Of a stretch of DNA of 64,000 nt, positions 12,557 through 24,500 are shown piece by piece. A model generated the notes under the pieces. That model was not told where the DNA came from and searched no databases. It saw only the letters and a list, made by a program, of their open reading frames with translations. The number at the start of each line of letters is the position of its first letter. The stretch's first letter is position 1. This DNA is from Macrostomum lignano (taxonomy: Eukaryota): assembly GCA_002269645.1 (NCBI GenBank), contig NIVC01001252.1, forward strand, positions 62,001 through 126,000. The letters are read 5' to 3'. Position numbers and translations under genes: made by a program.

Positions 12557-15500
12557 GCCACAGCTGACTACCAACTGGTTCAGGCCTGCGGCGTGGACCA
12601 ATCCGTGTGGTCCAGCCTGTCAGACGGGCAGCGCCAGAATCTATTCGAAGTCATCGACAGCCTGCAGGCCGCCCTCACAAGCGCCAGAGAGCGTTGCGAA
12701 ATGCAACGAGTGGACAGCGAGCAGCGAGTATTTGAGGCCACGGCCAAGTCCAAAGCTCTTGAAGCCGATGCCGCTAGCGACCGGGCTAAATTGCAATCAG
12801 TTCAAACTGAATTAGCGCGCCTGACGGACGAAATTAGCCGAGCAGAGAGTGCCAAATGTGAGCTGCGCGCCCAGCTAGACTCGGCTCACGATGCCAAAGA
12901 GCGCCTACGAGTTGAATGCGTCGAATTGCGCGCCGAGCGCGACAATTTAGCCGAATCGACGCGTCGACTTGCCGGCGAAGTTGAACGACTTGGCGGCGAA
13001 TGCGAACGACTTAGGGAGCAGCTGCACAAGGCCGAGAGAGAGGTTGTTGAGAAGCAGGTGCAGCTGGATCAGGTGAGCGCTGAGTTGAGAGATACTTTAT
13101 AGATTTATAAGTACCAAGGGGAATTCAGGCATGGAATCTTGGTGGGAATTCAAACATGTGATCTTATGGGGGAGTTGCATATAGGATATTGGGGAATTCA
13201 GGGACGAAATCTCAGGGAATTCAGGCGCCGTCGAAAATCATGCGCATGTTTTCTTGGTGAGGTTGGGGGGAATTTAGTCATGTTATCTCAGTGTGCTTGG
13301 GGGAATTTAGTCATGTTATCTCAGTAGGGTTGGGGGAATTTAGTCATGTTATCTCAGTGGGGTTGGGGGGAATTCAGTCATGTTATCTCAGTGGGCTTGG
13401 GGGAATTTAGTCATGTTATCTCACTAGGGTTGGGGGAATTTAGTCTTTATCTCTGTTGGGTTGGAGGAATTTGTCATGGGATTCGGAGGGGAATTCAGGC
13501 ATGGGATTTCGCTGTGGTCCGGGAGAAATCGGACATTGAGTACTGGTAAAAAAGGGGATTAAATTTAATAGTTTTAAAAAAAGTACATTGAATTTAAAGT
13601 ACAATTATTTTAAACAGACTGAATTACTCTACTCACAGTAGCATATCAAACATTACCCTCACAGGCCCGCATTAGCGAATCATCGGCCACTCTGCGCCTG
13701 ACCTCGGCCGAGCAGTCGGACTCGGAACGGTCGACTCACCTGGCCTGGCTGGAACGCCAGCTGGCCGCCAAGACAGACGAGATTCTCACCGCCCGACAGG
13801 CGGCTCGCGAGCGCGATCGCGAATACCAACTGGAGCTGGACCGTCGGACTGGCCAGCTGGAGTCTCTGACTGCTCAGCTAGAGTCGGCTCGCGAGTCTCA
13901 GTCGGCTATGCGCGAGCAGCACGATCGACTGCTAGAACGGCTGCGCGAAGCTCGCGACGAGCGGACCAGGCTGGAGGAGGCGCTGGGCGGCGAACTGGAG
14001 TCGCAGCGCCGACTGGCTGCCGTGTACAGATCCGGCGCCGAGGAGCAAGAGCAGCGCTGCGCTCAACTACTCGAAGCTGTCGGCGAACTGCAGGACGACC
14101 TGCGACGTAGCGCCGAGGAGTTCAGCCGGTCAGAGGCTGAGCGGACCGCCGCTGCTGGCCGACTCGAGACTGAACTGGCCGAGCTGAGAGCGCTGCTAGA
14201 GAAAAAGGAGGCCGAATTGCAGGTGAGAGCGGTTCACTTAAATCAATTGATATGTGAGTAGTGAGTAGTGACTGAGTAGTCAGCTTAGTGAATAAGTAAG
14301 TAGTAAGTTTATTAGTCAAAGTCGGTTAATGACTGAATGAGGGGACAGGTTAATGACTAAATGAGGGGACAGGTTAATGACTGAATGAGGGGACAGGTTA
14401 ATGACTGAATGAGGGGACAGGTTAATGACTAAATGAGGGGACAGGTTAATGACTGAATGAGGGGACAGGTTAATGACTGAATGAGGGGACAGGTTAATGA
14501 CTAAATGAGGGGACAGGTTAATGAATGAGGGGACAGGTTAGTGACTAAATGAGGGGACAGGTTAGTGACTAAATGACGGGACAGGTTAATGACTAAATGA
14601 GATGACAGGTTAGTGACTAAATGAGGGGACAGGTTAATGACTAAATGAGGGGACAGGTTAGTGACTAAATGAGGGGACAGATTAGTGACTAAATGAGGGG
14701 ACAGGTTAATGACTAAATGAGGGGACAGGTTAATGACTGAATGAGGGGACAGGTTAATGACTGAATGAGGGGACAGGTTAATGACTAAATGAGGGGACAG
14801 GTTAATGACTGAATGAGGGGACAGGTTAGTGACTAAATGAGGGGACAGGTTAATGACTAAATGAGGGGACAGGTTAATGACTGAATGAGGGGACAGGTTA
14901 GTGACTGAATGAGGGGACAGGTTAATGACTAAATGAGGGGACAGGTTAGTGACTAAATGAGGGGACAGGTTAATGACTAAATGAGATGACAGGTTAGTGA
15001 CTAAATGAGGGGACAGGTTAATGACTAAATGAGGGGACAGGTTAGTGACTAAATGAGGGGACAGGTTAGTGACTAAATGAGGGGACAGGTTAATGAATGA
15101 GGGGACAGGTTAGTGACTAAATGAGGGGACAGGTTAGTGACTAAGTGAGGGGACAGGTTAGTGACTAAATGAGGGGACAGGTTAATGACTGAATGAGGGG
15201 ACAGGTTAGTGACTAAATGAGGGGACAGGTTAGTGACTAAATGAGGGGACAGGTTAGTGACTAAATGACGGGAAAGGTTAATGACTAAATGAGATGACAG
15301 GTTAGTGACTAAATGAGGGGACAGGTTAATGACTAAATGAGGGGACAGGTTAGTGACTGAATGAGGGGACAGGTTAGTGACTAAATGAGGGGACAGGTTA
15401 GTGACTAAATGAGGGGACAGGTTAATGACTAAATAAGGGGACAGGTTAGTGACTAAATGAGGGGACAGGTTAGTGACTAAATGAGGGGACAGGTTAGTGA

Positions 15501-18500
15501 CTAAATGAGGGGACAGGTTAATGAATGAGGGGACAGGTTAGTGACTAAATGAGGGGACAGGTTAGTGACTAAATGAGGGGACAGGTTAGTGACTGAATGA
15601 GGGGACAGGTTAGTGACTAAATGAGGGGACAGGTAAGTGACTAAATGAGGGGACAGGTTAGTGACTAAATGAGGGGACAGGTTAGTGACTAAATGAGGGG
15701 ACAGGTTAGTGACTAAATGAGGGGACAGGTTAATGACTAAATAAGGGGACAGGTTAGTGACTAAATGAGGGGACAGGTTAGTGACTAAATGAGGGGACAG
15801 GTTAGTGACTGAATGAGGGGACAGGTTAGTGACTAAATGAGGGGACAGGTTAGTGACTAAATGAGGGGACAGGTTAATGACTAAATAAGGGGACAGGTTA
15901 GTGACTAAATGAGGGGACAGGTTAGTGACTAAATGAGGGGACAGGTTAGTGACTAAATGAGGGGACAGGTTAGTGACTAAATGAGGGGACAGGTTAGTGA
16001 CTAAATGAGGGGACAGGTTAATGAATGAGGGGACAGGTTAGTGACTAAATGAGGGGACAGGTTAGTGACTAAATGAGGGGACAGGTTAGTGACTAAATGA
16101 GGGGACAGGTTAATGACTAAATGAGGGGACAGGTTAGTGACTAAATGAGGGGACAGGTTAGTGACTAAATGAGGGGACAGGTTAGTGACTAAATGAGGGG
16201 ACAGGTTAGTGACTAAATGAGGGGACAGGTTAATGAATGAGGGGACAGGTTAGTGACTAAATGAGGGGACAGGTTAGTGACTAAATGAGGGGACAGGTTA
16301 GTGACTGAATGAGGGGACAGGTTAGTGACTAAATGAGGGGACAGGTTAGTGACTAAATGAGGGGACAGGTTAGTGACTAAATGAGGGGACAGGTTAATGA
16401 CTGAATGAGGGGACAGGTTAATGACTGAATGAGGGGACAGGTTAGTGACGAAATGAGGGGACAGGTTAGTGACTAAATGAGGGGACAGGTTAGTGACTAA
16501 ATGAGGGGACAGGTTAGTGACTAAATGAGGGGACAGGTTAGTGACTAAATGAGGGGACAGGTTAGTGACTAAATGAGATGACAGGTTAGTGACTAAATGA
16601 GGGGACAGGTTAATGACTAAATGAGGGGACAGGTTAATGAATGAGGGGACAGGTTAGTTACTAAATGAGGGGACAGGTTAGTGACTAAATGAGGGGACAG
16701 GTTAGTGACTAAATGAGGGGACAGGTTAATGACTAAATGAGGGGACAGGTTAGTGACTAAATGAGGGGACAGGTTAGTGACTAAATGAGGGGACAGGTTA
16801 GTGACTAAATGAGGGGACAGGTTAGTGACTAAATGAGATGACAGGTTAATGAATGAGGGGACAGGTTAGTGACTAAATGAGGGGACAGGTTAGTGACTAA
16901 ATGAGGGGACAGGTTAGTGACTGAATGAGGGGACAGGTTAGTGACTAAATGAGGGGACAGGTTAGTGACTAAATGAGGGGACAGGTTAGTGACTAAATGA
17001 GGGGACAGGTTAATGACTGAATGAGGGGACAGGTTAATGACTAAATGAGGGGACAGGTTAGTGACGAAATGAGGGGACAGGTTAGTGACTAAATGAGGGG
17101 ACAGGTTAGTGACTAAATGAGGGGACAGGTTAGTGACTAAATGAGGGGACAGGTTAGTGACTAAATGAGGGGACAGGTTAGTGACTAAATGAGATGACAG
17201 GTTAGTGACTAAATGAGGGGACAGGTTAATGACTAAATGAGGGGACAGGTTAGTGACTAAATGAGGGGACAGGTTAGTGACTAAATGAGGGGACAGGTTA
17301 GTGACTAAACGAGGGGACAGGTTAGTGACTAAATGAGGGGACAGGTTAGTGACTAAATGAGGGGACAGGTTAGTGACTAAATGAGGGGACAGGTTAATGA
17401 CTAAATGAGGGGACAGGTTAGTGACTAAATGAGGGGACAGGTTAGTGACTAAATGAGGGGACAGGTTAGTGACTAAATGAGGGGACAGGTTAGTGACTAA
17501 ATGAGGGGACAGGTTAGTGACTAAATGAGGGGACAGGTTAGTGACTAAATGAGGGGACAGGTTAGTGACTGAATGAGGGGACAGGTTAGTGACTAAATGA
17601 GGGGACAGGTTAGTGACTAAATGAGATGACAGGTTAGTGACTAAATGAGGGGACAGGTTAATGACTAAATGAGGGGACAGGTTAGTGACTAAATGAGGGG
17701 ACAGGTTAGTGACTAAATGAGGGGACAGGTTAGTGACTAAACGAGGGGACAGGTTAGTGACTAAATGAGGGGACAGGTTAATGAATGAGGGGACAGGTTA
17801 GTGACTAAATGAGGGGACAGGTTAGTGACTAAATGAGGGGACAGGTTAATGACTGAATGAGGGGACAGGTTAGTGACTAAATGAGGGGACAGGTTAGTGA
17901 CTAAATGAGGGGACAGGTTAGTGACTAAATGAGGGGACAGGTTAATGACTGAATGAGGGGACAGGTTAATGACTGAATGAGGGGACAGGTTAGTGACTAA
18001 ATGAGGGGACAGGTTAGTGACTAAATGAGGGGACAGGTTAGTGACTAAATGAGGGGACAGGTTAGTGACTAAATGAGGGGACAGGTTAGTGACTAAATGA
18101 GGGGACAGGTTAGTGACTAAATGAGATGACAGGTTAGTGACTAAATGAGGGGACAGGTTAATGACTAAATGAGGGGACAGGTTAGTGACTAAATGAGGGG
18201 ACAGGTTAATGACTAAATGAGGGGACAGGTTAGTGACTAAATGAGGGGACAGGTTAGTGACTAAATGAGGGGACAGGTTAGTGACTAAATGAGGGGACAG
18301 GTAAGTGACTAAATGAGGGGACAGGTTAGTGACTAAATGAGGGGACAGGTTAGTGACTAAATGAGGGGACAGGTTAATGACTAAATGAGGGGACAGGTTA
18401 GTGACTAAATGAGGGGACAGGTTAGTGACTAAATGAGGGACAGGTTAGTGACTAAACGAGGGGACAGGTTAGTGACTAAATGAGGGGACAGGTTAGTGAC

Positions 18501-21500
18501 TAAATGAGGGGACAGGTTAGTGACTAAATGAGGGGACAGGTTAGTGACTAAATGAGGGGACAGGTTAGTGACTAAATGAGGGGACAGGTTAGTGACTAAA
18601 TGAGATGACAGGTTAGTGACTAAATAAGGGGACAGGTTAGTGACTAAATGAGGGGACAGGTTAGTGACTAAATGAGGGGACAGGTTAGTGACTAAATGAG
18701 GGGACAGGTTAATGACTAAATGAGGGGACAGGTTAGTGACTAAATGAGGGGACAGGTTAGTGACTAAATGAGGGGACAGGTTAGTGACTAAATGAGGGGA
18801 CAGGTTAGTGACTAAATGAGGGGACAGGTTAGTGACTAAATGAGATGACAGGTTAGTGACTAAATAAGGGGACAGGTTAGTGACTAAATGAGGGGACAGG
18901 TTAGTGACTAAATGAGGGGACAGGTTAGTGACTAAATGAGGGGACAGGTTAATGACTAAATGAGGGGACAGGTTAGTGACTAAATGAGATGACAGGTTAG
19001 TGACTAAATGAGGGGACAGGTTAGTGACTAAATGAGGGGACAGGTTAGTGACTAAATGAGGGGACAGGTTAGTGACTAAATGAGGGGACAGGTTAGTGAC
19101 TAAATGAGGGGACAGGTTAGTGACTAAATGAGATGACAGGTTAGTGACTAAATGAGGGGACAGGGGTTAATGACTAAATGAGGGGACAGGTTAGTGACTA
19201 AATGAGGGGACAGGTTAGTGACTAAATGAGGGGACAGGTTAGTGACTAAATGAGGGGACAGGTTAGTGACTAAATGAGGGGACAGGTTAGTGACTAAATG
19301 AGATGACAGGTTAGTGACTAAATGAGCCACTAAATTTCTCACTCGGCCATTTTCGCCCAACTCCCCCAGCTGGCCAACTCTCAAATCGAGCTGTTGCGCG
19401 GCGAATCGGACACGGCCGAGCAGGTGGCCGAGATGACGCCTGCGGCGGCGGCTGTTCGCGACCTGCTGAAGCGGGGCAAGCCGCTAAGCGAACTGTGCGT
19501 CGAATACGCGGATCTGCAGCGCCGGCTGCACCGGGAACGCGAGGAGGCCGCCGCGCTGCGTCAATCAATGCAGACGGTGCTACGCGAAGTTGAAGCCGGC
19601 GCTCCGGGTGTTCGCCGATTGCGCGAGGACAACGCCAGACTGACGGCGGCCGCGGCTCAATTAAGCCGACAATTGGATTCGGCGTTAGCTGAACTGGCCG
19701 ACCTCAAGGCCGACTGTCAGGACAGGCTGCGCGGACTGCGCCATCTGGAGCGTGAGAATCGGCGCCTCTCTGACAGCCACTCTGATCAGAGCCGCCAGGT
19801 AGCCCGTCTGCTGTGGGAGCTTCACATGGCCAAGACTGGCGCCCCGCCGCCCAGCTCGCCCTATCGCCCGTTTGCCGGCGAGTCGCCGTCCTCGTCGCAG
19901 TCAGCTGTTCGGCGAGCCGGTGACGTCATCACTGAAAGGCTGCTGACATACGGCGATGTTGAAGAGCTTCAGGAGCAGAATAGGCGGCTGCTGCAGGTGG
20001 GCCTTCGGGCTGGATGCTTCTTCTCTCCAGTGTCTTTAAATAGACAGTCCTCTGCTCCCCACAGTGTCCTTAAATAGACAGTCCTCTGCCCCCCAGTGTC
20101 CTTAAATAGACAGTCCTCTGCCCCCCACAGTGTCCTTAAATAGACAGTCCTCTGCCCCCCACAGTGTCCTTAAATAGACAGTCCTCTGCCCCCACAGTGT
20201 CCTTAAATAGACAGTCCTCTGCCCCCACAGTGTCCTTAAATAGACAGTCCTCTGCCCCCCCCCCACAGTGTCCTTAAATAGACAGTCCTCTGCCTCCCAC
20301 AGTGTCCTTAAATAGACACTCCTCTGCCCCCCACAGTGTCCTTAAATAGACAGTCCTCTGCCCCCCACAGTGTCCTTAAATAGACAGTCCTCTGCCCCCA
20401 CAGTGTCCTTAAATAGACAGTCCTCTGCCCCCCACAGTGTCCTTAAATAGACAGTCCTCTGCCCCCCACAGTGTCCTTAAATAGACAGTCCTCTGCCCCC
20501 ACAGTGTCCTTAAATAGACAGTCCTCTGCCCCCACAGTGTCCTTAAATAGACAGTCCTCTGCCCCCCCCCACAGTGTCCTTAAATAGACAGTCCTCTGCC
20601 CCCCACAGTGTCCTTAAATAGACACTCCTCTGCCCCCCACAGTGTCCTTAAATAGACAGTCCTCTGCCCCCACTGTGTCCTTGAATAGACAGTCCTCTGC
20701 CCCCACTGTGTCCTTGAATAGACAGTCCTCTGCCCCCTCTGTTTATAATTCTACAATTATTCACCTTTTACGACCAACCTGTACCCCACCCTGTCCCCAA
20801 CAGGTGAGCCGTGAGCTGGCCAACCGGCTAGAGGAGATGGAAGCAGCCGAAGCCGCCACTGACTTCGGTTCGGCTGCAGCCTCCGGCCAGCCAGCAGAGG
20901 CCGAACTGCGCTCCCAGCTGGCCAGCATGGCGGCCGAATTGGAGCGCCTGCAATCTGCTGAAGCTCAGCATCGAACGCTGCTAGGCGCCGCGGCCAGGCA
21001 GCGGGACGCTATGCGAGCCGTGTTGCTGTGCCATGCCGGGCCTCAGGTGGCAGGCCTGTTTGGCCTTAGCGAAGCAGAGCAGGTAAATACTCACTCTAGC
21101 GACTCTGGGGCCACTTTTGTTGACTTTTAAACGACTCAAACGCGTCTAATGCGACGGAGAGGCGACTGTTGCGTCACGTGAGTTGTTAAATCGTAATTGA
21201 GTTGGCCAAGCGTTGTTGGCGCTGAACTTTCGATAGAGATGTGACTCTATAATTAATCAAGCGACGCTTAAAACACAACTCAGGTGACTTTATACAGCGA
21301 CTCTCGGCCCTAAACATCTTTTTTACTTAGACTCAGCTGCAGAGTGGTCCGTAGACACAGCGGGGAGGCGAAGGGGTCCATTCCGCCCGCAGACAGGCAG
21401 AGGCGTGAGGGCCAATCAGGGTGGTCCGCCGGTCCGTCCTGCAGCGGGATCTTCCGTGGGGAAGAAACTGGCTCGTCTTGTCGCCCGAAGGAACTGGATG

Positions 21501-24500
21501 AGCCGTGAGATGCTGTCGGGCTGGCAGACCTCGTCAATGGACGGGTTCGGCCAGAGGTAGCGTAGCCAGTCTCTGGTAAAGAAAGGGCAGTGACAAACAA
21601 ATTGCTGAGCATCTTCATTGTCGTACTCGCAAAAAGGGCAAAGTTCGCTCTCGACGTCGCCTCGGAGGAAGCAGTGCCTGGCGAGGTTGCCATGGCGGCC
21701 GGTAAAGGTCATGACAAGGGCTCGAATATCCTTCCGATTTTGGTTCAGAAGGACGTTTCTGAGCCTGCGGGAGGGGTACGGAACCGCGGCAGGAGATTGC
21801 CGCCAGTTTTGGGTGCCCGCCCATCTGTCCCTGTGGAGGGAGTCAGCCAAGTCATCGATCTGACGATTGACGACTAATCAGGGGTTAGCGCCCAACTTTT
21901 GCTAGAGATCTGACTCTAATTAATCAAGCGACGCAAATGCGCTTTAAACACAACTCAGGTGACTTTATAAAGCGACTCTCTGAAAACTTTTACAGTGACA
22001 TCTCATCGTTTTAGAGTCGTCCAGAGTCACTTCTTGCCTATATTACCTAGCTGTGTTACCTGCAACTGCAACGACTCTGAGATGCTTCTTAGCCTAGGTA
22101 CCGCTTTCATCGGGTAATCTGAGATCATCCTACTTTGCCTACTAATGAGTAGCAAGAAAAGAATTTGAATCGATTATTGTGCACTGATAAATGGTGCAGA
22201 TTATTAGAAACCGGTCTATTGTCTGTGCATATCGCTATTCTTATCTATTAAACATCTCTATTTAATCCTGAATTTCCACCAGACCGCACTAGCCGAAGCT
22301 TCATCACTAACCAAGCTGGCATCGCCGGACGGGGTTTCCCAGAAGCAGCAGCAGCATCGGCAGCCATCCGTATCGCCTGTTCGAGCAGCATCCGGTACTA
22401 GCGCGGCAGATCAGCAGCCTCAGCAGGCCGGCGGTGCCGCTGCTAACTCCGTTGACGAGCTCAAGCAGTTGCTAAGCGAACTCGGCGAGCAGTTCTCAGC
22501 CTACAAAGCCGACAGGACGCAGCGGGACGCCGCTAGGGACAAAGAATTGGAGACGGCTAAGAGCGAAATCGACAGGCTTAAACAGCTTAATGCTCGATTG
22601 TCTGCTCAGCTGGAGTCGCATCATGAGAAGGCCAGACTGCAGGTAGTTGAGTTATGGGTTGCTTAATAGAGATATGTCTAACACAGTCTCGCGAGTCCTG
22701 CTGTAACATCCTGTGTTTAACATGGCTGTCCACTGTAACATCCTGTGTCTAACATGGCTGTCCACTGTAACATCCTGTGTCTAACATGGCTCTTCACTGT
22801 ATAACAGCTTTGTCCATTGTAACACCTGTGTCTAACAGGGTTGTCAATTTTAACACCTGTGTCTAACAGGGTTGTCCATTTTAACACCTGTGTCTAACAG
22901 GGTTGTCCATTGTAACACCTGTGTCTAACAGGGTTGTCCATTGTAACACCTGTGTCTAACAGGGTTGTCAATTTTAACACCTGTGTCTAACAGGGTTGTC
23001 CATTGTAACACCTGTGTCTAACAGGGTTGTCCATTGTAACACCTGTGTCTAACAGGGTTGTCCATTGTAACACCTGTGTCTAACAGGGTTGTCCATTGTA
23101 ACACCTGTGTCTAACAGGGTTGTCCATTGTAACACCTGTGTCTAACAGGGTTGTCCATTGTAACACCTGTGTCTAACACGGTTGTCCATTGTAACACCTG
23201 TGTCTAACAGGGTTGTCCATTGTAACACCTGTGTCTAACAGGGTTGTCCATTGTAACACCTGTGTCTAACAAGGTGGTCCATTTTAACACCTGTGTCTAA
23301 CAGGGTTGTCCATTTTAACACCTGTGTCTAACAGGGTTGTCCATTGTAACACCTGTGTCTAACAGGGTTGTCCATTGTAACACCTGTGTCTAACAGGGTT
23401 GTCCATTGTAACACCTGTGTCTAACAGGGTTGTCCATTTTAACACCTGTGTCTAACAGGGTTGTCCATTTTAACACCTGTGTCTAACAGGGTTGTCCATT
23501 GTAACACCTGTGTCTAACAGGGTTGTCCATTGTAACACCTGTGTCTAACAGGGTTGTCCATTGTAACACCTGTGTCTAACAGGGTTGTCCATTTTAACAC
23601 CTGTGTCTAACAGGGTTGTCCATTGTAACACCTGTGTCTAACAGGGTTGTCCATTGTAACACCTGTGTCTAACAGGGTTGTCCATTGTAACACCTGTGTC
23701 TAACAGGGTTGTCCATTTTAACACCTGTGTCTAACAGGGTTGTCCATTGTAACACCTGTGTCTAACAGGGTTGTCCATTGTAACACCTGTGTCTAACAGG
23801 GTTGTCCATTTTAACACCTGTGTCTAACAGGGTTGTCCATTGTAACACCTGTGTCTAACAGGGTTGTCCATTGTAACACCTGTGTCTAACAGGGTTGTCC
23901 ATTGTAACACCTGTGTCTAACAGGGTTGTCCATTGTAACACCTGTGTCTAACAGGGTTGTCCATTGTAACACCTGTGTCTAACAGGGTTGTCCATTGTAA
24001 CACCTGTGTCTAACAGGGTTGTCCATTTTAACACCTGTATCTAACAAGGTTTTTCACTGTAACACCCGTCTAACAAGATTTCAGGCTATAACACGTGTGT
24101 CACAATACCCAATGCATCCCAATGCCCCACCTGTCAATCACCGCAGGAGTCCAACGCCGCCGAGCTGCGCCGCGAAATCGCCGCCCTGCACCAGTCGGCC
24201 GAACGGGCTATCGAAGCCCGGGCCCGCAGCGAGCAGGAGGCCAGCCAGGCGAAGTCTGCCGCCGCCTCCAGCGCCGATTGCGTTGCCCGGCTGGAGTCGC
24301 AGCTGGCCTCGGCTCGCTCCCACCTGGACACGCTAAGGCCTAGCGAGGCGCGCCTTCGCGCCGAGAACGACCGGCTGCGCAGCGAAGCGGCCGGCCAGCA
24401 GCGCGCCCTATTCGCCAGCCTAGAAGAGATGCGGCGCAGTTTAGAACGGCGCGAAGTTGAATCGCGCGACGCCGCCGATTCGCGAGTAGAAACGCTGCAA

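Noticed and set aside
14327-19325. CRISPR-like interpretation of this or any other array
   Set aside because: The units are head-to-tail with no unique spacers, there are no cas genes, and the context is eukaryotic introns.
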